Shown in pieces: positions 21,227 to 31,081 of a DNA stretch of 64,000 bases. Within the stretch, counting starts at the first letter, position 1; each line of letters begins with the position of its first letter. Below the pieces are notes generated by a model, which saw only the letters and a list, made by a program, of their open reading frames with translations, did not search any database and had not been told where the DNA came from. The translations under genes and the position numbers were made by a program. Source of the DNA: a virus; IMG/VR virus record IMGVR_UViG_3300046517_002960, positions 1 to 64,000 of that record, one strand, 5' to 3'.

Positions 21227-23891
21227 ATGACGACACGCGATGAGGCCAGGCGCACGGCGATGGCCTACGCCTGGGGCTGCGAAGACACAAGCAGCACCAA
21301 GACCGCATACCGGCCCGAGCTGGGCCAGGTCAGCGGCGACTGGGCGTTCGGCGAGGCGTACGCGCAGGGCCAGGACGACTACAACAGCGAGCGCCGGGGC
21401 GACATGACCTCGGTGCAGGCCGCGTACGGGAACTGGCAGGCCAGCGGCGGCAGGTCGGTGTTCAAGCGGGGCAGCCTGACGCTGGGCGACGAGCAGCGCG
21501 CCGAGCTGCGGGCGTCCTGGCCGTACCCGGACGCCCGGCCCGGAGCCTATGAGGGGTACTGGAGACTACAGGACCGGATGCAGGACGAAGCCTGGGCGCT
21601 GCTATGAGCCAGGAGCAGGCACAGGTCAGCAAGGCCAGTGCGGCACAGCGCGCGAGCCGCCGCACCCGCAAGACGCGGGGCGGCGGCGAGCCGGACAGCC
21701 CCTGGTGGCAGGAAGCCGCACCGTGGTACCAGGGCGGGAACCAGGACCGGGGCACGCAGGCAGGAGACGAGGACGGAAGCGATGACTGACCTGCGGATCC
21801 CGCTGACCCCGAAGCAGGCGGACTGGCTGGCTGACCTGGCGGCCAGCGGTTCTGAGAGCTACGCGGAGGCCCTGGACGCCGGGGCGCGGATCGTGGCTGA
21901 TCCCCATGGCGGTGACGTGCTCATCGTCCCGCCCGCTGCCGCGCGCCCGCTGGGGCTGGCGGTGGGCATCCGAGCTGACCTGGCGGACGAGGGCGAGTAC
22001 TCCATCGGGGTGCGCAGTTCCGTGCTGGGCCTGGCCCGCAAGCTGACCGCGAACGGGATCTGCAACGCGGCCCCGCTGATCCCCGATGACAGGAGCTGAT
22101 GACGATGTGGACGATCGAATCCGCTATCCGGCAAGCGGTGCACGGCCAGCCGGGCGACCTGACCGACGACGCCCGGCTGTTCCTGCACGAGCAGGTCCAG
22201 CAGTACGTGAACGGCAAACAGGTCCTGCTCGCGGCGGCCACGGCAGTCATGCTGCTGGACGCGATCGCAGAACTGCGGCTGGAGACGGCAAGCGCGCAGC
22301 AGGAGCCCGCCGCCCAGGCAGAGGGCGTCAAGCACGTCCTGGCCGCCGTAGCCGGAACCGTATTCCGCAGCGGGATAGGCGAAGTGATCATCCTGCTCGA
22401 TACCGCTGACTACGTCATCAGCGTGGACAGCGACGGCGATACGGCCAGCGCATATCTCGTCACCGTGCCGCCCGCTGACATCGCGCAGGCCATGGACGCC
22501 GACCCGCGCGAGATCGGCGGCTGGTCCACCGGCTACGACATCTGACCACCGGAAATGACAGCGCAGGAGACGAAAATGACGACCATGACCGAGACACAGC
22601 CGGCCAGCCCCCAGGCCCGCCAGGATGCCGCGCGGGCAGGCCGGCAGGCCGCCGAGGACGACTTCGCACGGCTGGCCGGGGACCGCGATGCGCTACGGAA
22701 CGCATGGCTGGCCGCGTACACGCACAAGTTCGCGGAGCTGGCGGCGCCGTGCGCGACCGAAGCCCGGCTCATCGCGGCCGGGCGGGTGCCCGTGTTCCAC
22801 GCCGGGCAGCGGATCGAGTTCGCTAGCTGGGATCTGCTGGCGCTGGGCCGGGGCGAGTGGCAGGCGGGCGAGGTCGACAGCTACTACGAGCCGGACTGGC
22901 AGCCGGTCTACCCCGGCCCGGTGCTGCGCCTGGACGTCCGGGTGATCGGGAAGCGCGGCCAGCCGATCGGGAAGCCGATCGAGGTCAGCGAGTACCAGGT
23001 GCGCGTGCCGCAGGACGCGGAGGTGACGGCATGAGCGGCTGGACGCCAGAGCAGCTAGACGCGCTGAACGCCGAAGCTGAGCACAAGCAGCGGATGGAAG
23101 ACGACAGCGCCGACCCCGGCGACCCGGCTGAGCGCGAAGCGTGGGAAGCCGGGAACACGAGCGGGCACTCACCCTCAGACTGGCACGCGAGCCTGCCCTT
23201 CGAGGACGGGGAGACCCCGTACGGCCGGTGGCTGCGTGAGATGCGGCTGATGGAACTGGCGGGCATCGACCCGGCGAACGCCCCGCTGCGCGAAGCCTGG
23301 CAGCAGGCCATGGCGGCGCTGCCGGCGGAAGCGGGCGAAACCGCATACGGCCTGGCGATCCGCGCCCGTCGCGAAGCCTGGGACACCCTGCTGGCCGCGC
23401 ACGAATGCCAGCTGCGTACCTGCGTGTACTGCGGGGTGCCGGGCCTGGCTGAGCATTTCCAGGCCGTCAACGGCCGGAACTGGGCCTGCAAGCAGGGCCG
23501 GCTGTGCGACCTGCGGTACGCCCTGAACGGCAAGCTGTCCCAGGGGCTGCCCGACAACAGCGTGGCGTACTACGTGCAGACCCTGGTCCGCGAGCTGGCC
23601 CAGATGGCGCGCGATGACCGGGCGGCAGCCGGGCACCTGGCCGACCCGTGGGGCAGGCACACCGCCCGCCAGCACCGCATGCTGAGCACCCAGGACCTGG
23701 CCACGTTGCACGTCACCCTGACCGCCGCCGCCGGGTGGCTGCAGGACGCTGGCCGGGCGGACTGGGGCCAGGCGCTCGCCCAGGCCCGCGCATTGCACGG
23801 CTGCAAGCGCTGCGGCGCGATGGGGCCGCAGCCGTGCACCACCAACAGCGGCGCCGAGCGGCACAGCTGGCACCAAGGCCGGGCTTTCTGA
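21227..23891 (+). CDS. hypothetical ORFs (21227-21607, 21604-21789, 21782-22099, 22099-22545, 22555-23034, 23031-23891)
   Basis: coupled starts/stops; no family recognised. Confidence 0.65.
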
Positions 23892-23929
23892 TAGCCGGCT
23901 GACCCGAACACAGATGATCACCACGTAGG

Positions 23930-24016
23930 AGGCGAAACGGGCGCGATTCTCCGGCTGGCCGGATGATCGCGCCCGTCTGCGGGACGGTGGCCTTCCCGCA
24001 CCGATGATGCCAGGCC
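23930..24016 (+). ncRNA. type II hammerhead ribozyme HH15
   Basis: stem III cgggcgcgauu/gaucgcgcccg; cut after C23977; stem I ugcggga/ucccgca; core CCGAUGA. Confidence 0.9.
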
Positions 24017-24042
24017 GCACGACGACGATCAGGAGCAATGAC

Positions 24043-27000
24043 ATGGCAGGGATCAGGCTGAACGCGATGGGCAAGCTGGAACTGTCCGCGTTCCGGACCG
24101 AAGACGAGGCCGGCGACGTGACGCTGGTCATCAAGACCGATGAGGGCACCGTCCGGATCTGGTGCGGCGGAAGCGAGGAGGACGCAACCCGGCTGGCTGT
24201 CGCGCTGGGCAAGGCCGCCATGCAGGCCCTCCAGGTCAGCGAGGAGTGGGACGACCGGCCAGACGAGGACGAGTACGGCTCGCAGGACGGCGACGGGTTC
24301 ATCATCCTGGACGGCGGCCGGTACTACCCGCAGCTCGGCCGGGAGCAAGGCTTCACCCCGGCGGACATGCCGCGCAACGGCTACCCCGACACGGACGTCG
24401 CAGCGTACGAGCTGGCCGGGCTGATGGCGGAGCACGACGAGAACCCGGACTCATGGGTATGCGGTGAGCACGGGCCGTCCGAGCGCGATGCCGGCGCCCT
24501 GGTGGACAGCTTCCTGGACTCCGCGAGCCCGGACATCAGGCTCAAGCCGCTGAACGGCGTGCGGTACGAGCCGGGCACCGAGGTCCGCTGGGATGACTCC
24601 ACCTGGGAGGTCCGGAAAGACTACGGCCAGCTCGGCGTGTGGCTGGTCATCCCGGTGGATCCGGACGCGGGCCGCGATCACCTGGTACCGCACAAGCTGA
24701 CCGACCGGGCTGATGACCTGAGCCGGGCGCGCCGCTGGATCGCGGAGTGCAACCTGGTCCGCGGGGAAGTGGCCGACCTGCCTGACGCCGAGGTCAAGCG
24801 CATCGTGGAGCGCCTGTACGAGGGCGGCTGGGCGGGGTTCGCCCGTGAGGCGGAGCTGCTGCGCCAGGCCCGCGCGTGGGCGCTGGAGAACACGTGGCTG
24901 GATGACCCCGAGGACATCGAGGATATGCCGGACGACCGGGTCTGGCTCGGGATCGAAGCGCGCTACGAGGGCGGCCGGGCGCAGTTCAAGCGGAACAACC
25001 CGTCATGAGCGACCCGGAAACGCCGCTGGCCCCGGTACCCCGGCCGCCGCTGGACGACCGGGTAATGGCCAACGGCAGCCCGGTCAGCCGCCTCACGGTC
25101 AAGCGGCCCAAGTACGGCGGCTGGTTTGTCATCCGCCGCCCGAAGGGCTCAGAGGATCCGGGCGGCGTGGTGCTGGAAGTCCGGATCCCGGGCCTGCGCG
25201 AGGACGTGCCGTTCGCAGACCAGGCTGACGCGCTGGTCGGCGCGGACAGCATTTACGCCGAGTACATCAGCGCAATCGACCGGCTCAAGGCCGGCTGATA
25301 ACCAGGAGACAGGCATGCATGAGGGCTGGAAATTCATCGACTGCGGCGAGATCGGCGGCACGCGGTACGTGGACGTGCTGGATGAGGGCGGCAACCCGGT
25401 CGAGTACGGGATCACGCTGGCCAGCGCCACCGCCCAGTACGAGCCGCACCCGGTCATGGCCATCAGCGAGCTGTACGACAACTGAGAACAGGAGACAGGC
25501 ATGGAGATCAGGGAAACCTGGCCCGACGCGACCGCCGGGCACGGCCTCGGCGATTCCGGCTGGTACGCGCCGTTCACTGACAGCAAGGCCGCGCTGTTCC
25601 GCGCCATGCAAGGCGAGTACGGCGGCTGCGTCAGCAAGATGTGGCGGCAGGAGCTGGTGGCGCACGGGCGCGCGGCGTTCGGCATCATGGTGCCGCCCGC
25701 GTACCGGGACGTCCGGTGCGGGTGGGTGTTCTCCCGGCGGGAGCGCTACGACAACGCCGAGCCGCACTGGCCGGCGGACAAGGCCACCTACATCCGCGAG
25801 GTGTGGGTGGAAGTCACGGACCCGGCGGCGGAATGGGGCTGGGAGAACGAGCAGCCGTGATCCTGCTCGGCCAGGACGACTGGCTGTTCTACGCGCGCCG
25901 CGCTGACGGCGTGCTCGTCTTCACCGTGGCAGAGACCGACTGGCACTGGCTGGAGACGCCGCACGGCGCCGACTGCTGGAACCCCGGCACCGGGCTCAAC
26001 TGCGACGGCGAGACCAAGATGACCTGCCGGCTGGACTGCACCTGGATGCACGAGTACGTCCGGGCGCATATGCGCGAGTACGACTGGGAGGAATGCGGCG
26101 ACGACCCGGTGTCGGGCGAATACCTCGGCTGGGGACCTGACCAGGACGAGGCGTTCATGGCGGCGAGCCGGCGAAACTACCTCATCAACTAGAACCTCCG
26201 GCCAGCCGGACGATTCACAGATCAGGAGACACCGATGCCCAGGACTATCACCTACGCCATCGAGGAAGACACGGGCCTGGTCTACAGCCGGGTCGGCGAT
26301 CAGGTCGCCGTGCCGGTGCTGGACTTCGAGGCCATCGGCCAGGGCGGCGACGGCTACAAGCCGGGGGACTTCCGCGGGCCGACGCGGTACAACCTGGAGA
26401 AGTGCTCGGTCTACGAGGTGGGCTTCGGCAGCCTGCGGTGGACGAGGAACATCCCGGTCGCGGTCAAGAACCGGCACCGGGAGTTCTGGGGCTTCCCCCC
26501 GCTGAAGTACGAGGACCCGCGCTACCGGGCCGAGCGCCAGCCGCCCGCCCGGCGGCACTGAGCACGAGATGAGATCAGGAGACAGGCATGGCATTCGGCG
26601 ATAACGGCGAGCAGATGACGCTCGCGGAGTTCCTGGGAGCGTTCGGCGAGCGCCGGGTCATCGAGGTCGACACGACCCGGGACGCGGCCAGCAACAGCCC
26701 GTGGATCGTCATCCGGTCCGGCCGGTTCTCAGTCGTGATGGTCCCGCAGGACCTGGACGGCGAGTACCTGGACATCGACGTCCACCCGTTCGTTGACGGC
26801 CTGGCCGCCACGGCCAGCGTGTTCGCGATGAGCGACGGGCGTGACGTGCCCAGCCTGGCCAAAACCGGGACGACCAGCTACAAGCGGCCGTCCGCGCAGC
26901 TGGTCGCGGTGATCATCGGGGAGCAGGGCACGGACCCGTTCCTGTGCTCGGGCACCCGGGGCTGCCGGGCACCGGACGGCGATGAGCATCACGCGTACTG

Positions 27001-27186
27001 CTGCCCGCGCTACTCGCTGAACGCGCCGACCGCGCCATGAGAACGTCATTCCTCTACACGATCGGGGCGGTAGTCATCCTCGGGATCCTCGTCGCACTGG
27101 CCGCCTGGGCGCTCAAGAGCGGCATCCACGGCGTGCACTACGTCCCGCGCGGCCGGGACACCCAGACCCGCAGGCCGCCCGGCTGA
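24043..27186 (+). CDS. hypothetical ORFs (24043-25008, 25005-25298, 25315-25485, 25501-25860, 25857-26192, 26235-26561, 26588-27040, 27037-27186)
   Basis: RBSs and overlaps; last one is a small membrane peptide. Confidence 0.65.
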
Positions 27187-27190
27187 GCAG

Positions 27191-27278
27191 GCCCCGGCCC
27201 GTGGCGGGCCATCCCGCGCCACGAGCCGGGGCACACCGGAACCGTACCACCGCGCCTGCCGGGTAACCGCCGGTTCCG
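27191..27278 (+). ncRNA. structured intergenic motif, copy A
   Basis: gccccggc..ggccatcc..gccggggc hairpin then ggaaccg-tac..gta-accgc-cggttcc; second copy at 46957-47053. Confidence 0.5.
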
Positions 27279-27300
27279 TCACGAGATCAGGAGACAGCCC

Positions 27301-28525
27301 ATGAATACCAAGATCGTCCGCATGAACGGCGTGCCCGTGCGCGTGCCGAGCGACCAGCTGACCGACCCGGACCCCTGGCGGGCCGAGGACTGCGGCGCCC
27401 GCGAGCCGGAATGGCCGGATGGCATGGGAGGCCAGGTCGTCTGCACGCTGCCCCCGCACGCGCGCCCGGACGGCCCGGACGGCGTCGCGCACATGGCCAA
27501 CAACGCGGCCTCCGACATCATCGCGATCTGGTGGGACGTGCCCGCCGTGTGGAACGTTGACGACGACAACTGAGAGCAGGAGACAGCACATGAGCGGCTA
27601 CCCCGCGAACCCGGTCAGCGTCTTCACCGCGCTGCGGGACGACCCGGACAGCACCCTGTCCAAGCACATCGGCGTGTTCAGCGACGAGGAACTGGCCCAG
27701 GAGGGCTGCCAGGAAGATGCCGACGAGGACTGGCAGAACCAGCGGCACATGCAGCCGGACGTGCCGCGCCCGGTCCTGACCTGGCAGGACGCCCGGAGCT
27801 GCCCGCTGCCGGACGGCAGCCGGTACACGGTGCTCCTGACCACGCTGGACGTACGCACCGGGATGGGCTGACAGCAACCACCAGACAGGAGACAGCACAT
27901 GAGCGAGAGCTACCCGCGCAACAAGCTGGTCGAGTGCCCCGAACCGGGCATTCTGTTCACCCGCGACAACGCCGCATGGGTCTACCACGCCCTGAAAGCA
28001 GTGCGGGAAAGCGGGCAGTCCATTCCCGAGCAGGACGAGCTGTGCGACGAGCTGGCCGGCATCCTGTTCCCGCCGGAAGCGTCCCAGCAGCGCCTGGAGG
28101 CCATCCGCGCCTCTCTGCGGGCCGGGAACATCAGCTACGGCGAGCTGACCGAACTCCAGGCCCTGGCCCCTCACACCGAGCCTGGCGACACCGAGCTGCT
28201 GGAAGCTGCGGGGGTACCCGGATACCCGCACGAGCAGGCCAGCACCGCGAACAGCGCGAGCCTGGAGGCGTTCACCAACGCACTGCTAGAGCAGGTGCCC
28301 CTGCCCGGCAACGACCGCGCCGACGCGAAGCTGGCCCGGCTCGCGGACGCCATCTCAGCGGCTGCCGGCATTGACCCGGACACAGCCAGCTGGCTGGCGG
28401 CGCGGGTGTTCGGCACGCTGGAGGCGATGCGCGTGGAATCCGGGGAGTACCGGGATCCCCGCAATGGCCCGCCGTGGGACGTGGCCGCGCTGGTGGCGGT
28501 CCTGAACTGCGAGGACGGCAGATGA
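27301..28525 (+). CDS. hypothetical ORFs (27301-27573, 27590-27871, 27899-28525)
   Basis: RBSs; 27899 shares the ISYGELTELQ domain with 19768. Confidence 0.65.
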
Positions 28526-28848
28526 CGTACCTGCGGAACGGCTGGGAGCACCTGACCGGGGACGAGACGGCGATCTACGAGGCGATCCGGCAGCTGGCCC
28601 GCCAGCGGCGCTCCGGCAACACCAGCCAGGTCGCCAGTTACAGCGGCCTGAACCGCACGCTGGTCAGCCGGCTCGCCACGGAGCTGCGGATGCGCGGCTT
28701 CATCGCGGACGTGAGCACGAACGCGGCGCACCACTGGCGGATCACCGCCCAGCCGGTGCCGTACTCCGCGGAGCAGCGCCGCCAGGACCGGGAGGCGGCC
28801 CGCCGGCAGCGGGAGACGGACGAGCAGGGCAGGAACGGCACGAGCTGA
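28522..28848 (+). CDS. winged-helix DNA-binding protein
   Basis: IYEAIRQL...NTSQVASYSGLNRTLVSRLATELRMRGFI. Confidence 0.6.
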   Translation: MTYLRNGWEHLTGDETAIYEAIRQLARQRRSGNTSQVASYSGLNRTLVSRLATELRMRGFIADVSTNAAHHWRITAQPVPYSAEQRRQDREAARRQRETDEQGRNGTS

Positions 28849-28866
28849 CCCGCCCGGCTTAACACG

Positions 28867-28890
28867 TGTCATGTATACTGTAAGAGACAG
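28867..28890 (+). promoter_or_regulatory. 24-bp promoter/operator, copy 1
   Basis: tgtcatgTATACTgtaagagacag, identical to 38362-38385. Confidence 0.65.
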
Positions 28891-28937
28891 CGAGAGCAGG
28901 AGCCAGGAACGATGATGCACGCAGACAAGCTGCGGCG

Positions 28938-29758
28938 GTGCTGACCGTAGCCGGCAGGCCCGGCGAGACGCTGGCAGAGAAGATCGCCCGGCTGAAGGAC
29001 GGCACCTGGCACGCGAGCGAGCGGCCGGCGCAGGTGACCGGCAACGTCTGGCGCAAGGCGCCGGGCGGCGTCCCGGTCCGCACCCGGCGGCCGGCCTGGC
29101 GGGGCCGGATCTTCCGCCACCCGCCAGGCGGGAACCGGCCCGAGCAGGACGGCTGCCAGCACAGTCACACGACGGTCAGCGGGGCGCAGCGCTGCGCCGG
29201 GCAGGAGGCCAGGCGGCGGAACCGCGAGCTGGCCAGGACAGGGAACGACACGGATCAGGAGACATGACATGCGCGATGACCCGGACCTCACAGCTGCGGC
29301 GGCAGAACTCGGCGGGACGCTCCGCCGGCTGTTCCCGTCCCCTGCTGACGTGGAAGCAGCGCTCCGCGATGGCCTGATCCGGGCGCAGTCTGCCGGCGGG
29401 CCGGCCGGCGAACTGGCTGCCGGGCTGATCGAGGTGATGAACCTCGCGCACCGCTGGAACCTCCAGTCGGGAGACGACCCGGGCGCCACGATCAGGCCCG
29501 GCGACGCGGCAGGCGAGATCATCAACGCGATAGCCCGCGGGCTGGGCAGCTGAATCCCCGGCCAGCCGGACAATCACAGATCAGGAGAGGCACATGAGCG
29601 AAGACAGGCCGATGGACCTGAACGAGAACATGCGGATGCACATGATCTACACGCACGACCGCACCCTGGAAGACCTCGCCGGCCGCTCCTACGACAACCT
29701 GAAAGCCGAGCACGACACGATGGACTGCCCGGCGACCCGCGCAAAAGACCCCCGATGA
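28938..29758 (+). CDS. hypothetical ORFs (28938-29267, 29269-29553, 29594-29758)
   Basis: downstream of promoter copy 1; RBSs for the latter two. Confidence 0.55.
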
Positions 29759-29879
29759 CCGCCACCGCGCCCGGCGCCACGATCAGGCCCGGCGACACGG
29801 CAGGCGAGATCATCAACGCGATAGCCCGCGGGCTGGGCAGCTGAATCCCCGGCCGGCCGGACAATCACAGATCAGGAGA
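29482..29879 (+). repeat. 107-bp direct repeat (29482-29588 and 29773-29879)
   Basis: 2 mismatches; each copy holds a gene 3' end, the CCGG motif and an RBS. Confidence 0.92.
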
Positions 29880-29884
29880 AACAC

Positions 29885-30754
29885 ATGAACAGCAGCGATG
29901 AGCACGGCCTCCCGGACGCCGGGAACGGCGAGCTGGCGGACTACGCGATCGAGCCGGGCGTGATCCGGCGCCAGGCGCAGGACGCCATGGCCGGGCGCCC
30001 GGACCGCGCGGGCATACCTGCCGGGAGGCGCGATGACCCGGACCTGATCGCAGACGCGATGAAGGCGCTGGAGGACCGGGTGCTGGCGCTCGTGCCGGAA
30101 GACCAGCGCGACCGGGCCGGGGATTGGATCAGCGACCTGCTGGACCTGGCGCCGGGCGAGGCGCTGGACCCGGGCGCAGCGCATGACCTGGCGCGCAGGA
30201 CCCTGGCAGGCCCGCAGCGGACACTGACCGACGCCGAGATCAACCGCTACGCGCGGTTCTACCCGCATCACGAGGCGGAAGACCTGCAAGCCATCACCGC
30301 TTACCCGTGCGTGGCGCTCGGCGGTGACGAGGACGACGACGGGGCAGTACAGGTGTACGCCTACGCGGAAGACGGCGGCGTGGTCGTCTCGCTGCACTAC
30401 GACTCGGCCGGGCCGGCTGATGACGGGTCCGGTCCGTGGGCGTACTACGGCAAGTACGGCGCCGTGCCGACGCTGGTGCTGGGCGGCGACGGCAAGCCGG
30501 TGTACGTGGCAGCCGAGGGCGTCCCGGACCTGTCTGAAGGCCTGGTCCTGCCTGCTCACGATGCGATCGCCAGGATGAGCCAGATAGGAAACGGCAGCGA
30601 CGCTGAGTTCGGGGACGTGCTCGAAGCCGGCCAGGACTGCGCCTTCTCGCTGCGGAAACTGCTGGCCATCACCGGCCGCCCCGCCCCGGAAACTGCGCCC
30701 GAGGGGGGATTCACGGCCGAGGGGGGATTCACGGCTCAGGACAGCGCCCAGTAA
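29885..30754 (+). CDS. hypothetical protein
   Basis: 289 aa with RBS. Confidence 0.75.
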   Translation: MNSSDEHGLPDAGNGELADYAIEPGVIRRQAQDAMAGRPDRAGIPAGRRDDPDLIADAMKALEDRVLALVPEDQRDRAGDWISDLLDLAPGEALDPGAAHDLARRTLAGPQRTLTDAEINRYARFYPHHEAEDLQAITAYPCVALGGDEDDDGAVQVYAYAEDGGVVVSLHYDSAGPADDGSGPWAYYGKYGAVPTLVLGGDGKPVYVAAEGVPDLSEGLVLPAHDAIARMSQIGNGSDAEFGDVLEAGQDCAFSLRKLLAITGRPAPETAPEGGFTAEGGFTAQDSAQ

Positions 30755-30795
30755 CCCGCAGACACGACACGGAACACGATCAGGAGGCACGAACG

Positions 30796-31023
30796 ATGAA
30801 CGGCAGTAATGAGCCCGAGATCACCCTGGCCATCTACGCCAAGAGCCTCGGCCGGGACACATCCGCACGCGAGCACAAGGCCCTGCTGGACGCCAAGGAC
30901 GCGGCCAGCGTCGAGGGCACCACCACCTGGCTGCTCAACGGCGCCGGAGCCAGGGTAGCTGCCATAGTCCCGGTTGAGCTGGTCCAGTACGCGAGACGGC
31001 ACGGATGGGGAGTGAACCACTGA
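30796..31023 (+). CDS. possible Phd/YefM-like small protein
   Basis: TTWLLNGAGARVAAIVPVE resembles the Phd-family beta motif; weak. Confidence 0.3.
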   Translation: MNGSNEPEITLAIYAKSLGRDTSAREHKALLDAKDAASVEGTTTWLLNGAGARVAAIVPVELVQYARRHGWGVNH

Positions 31024-31081
31024 TAGCGGCACCGAAGATCACCACGAGCATCGGTAACAGACACGATCAGGAGACAAGAAC

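Noticed and set aside
1676-24016. Repeat array as a CRISPR array
   Set aside because: Repeats are 60-90 nt, vary in sequence with conserved pairing, and are separated by 0.15-5.5 kb of genes; no cas genes seen
1676-24016. Repeats as integron attC sites or REP/BIME elements
   Set aside because: No RYYYAAC/GTTRRRY ends and no integrase in the window; the invariant unpaired nucleotides match a hammerhead core
5164-26177. Extra GGCGAAAC matches at ~5164, ~23334 and ~26170
   Set aside because: Inside ORFs, with no stem III, GUC or CYGANGA following
27236-27278. GAACCGTAC resembling the reverse complement of group II intron domain V
   Set aside because: The rest of domain V (AGC/CGC triad, GNRA loop, AC bulge) is absent
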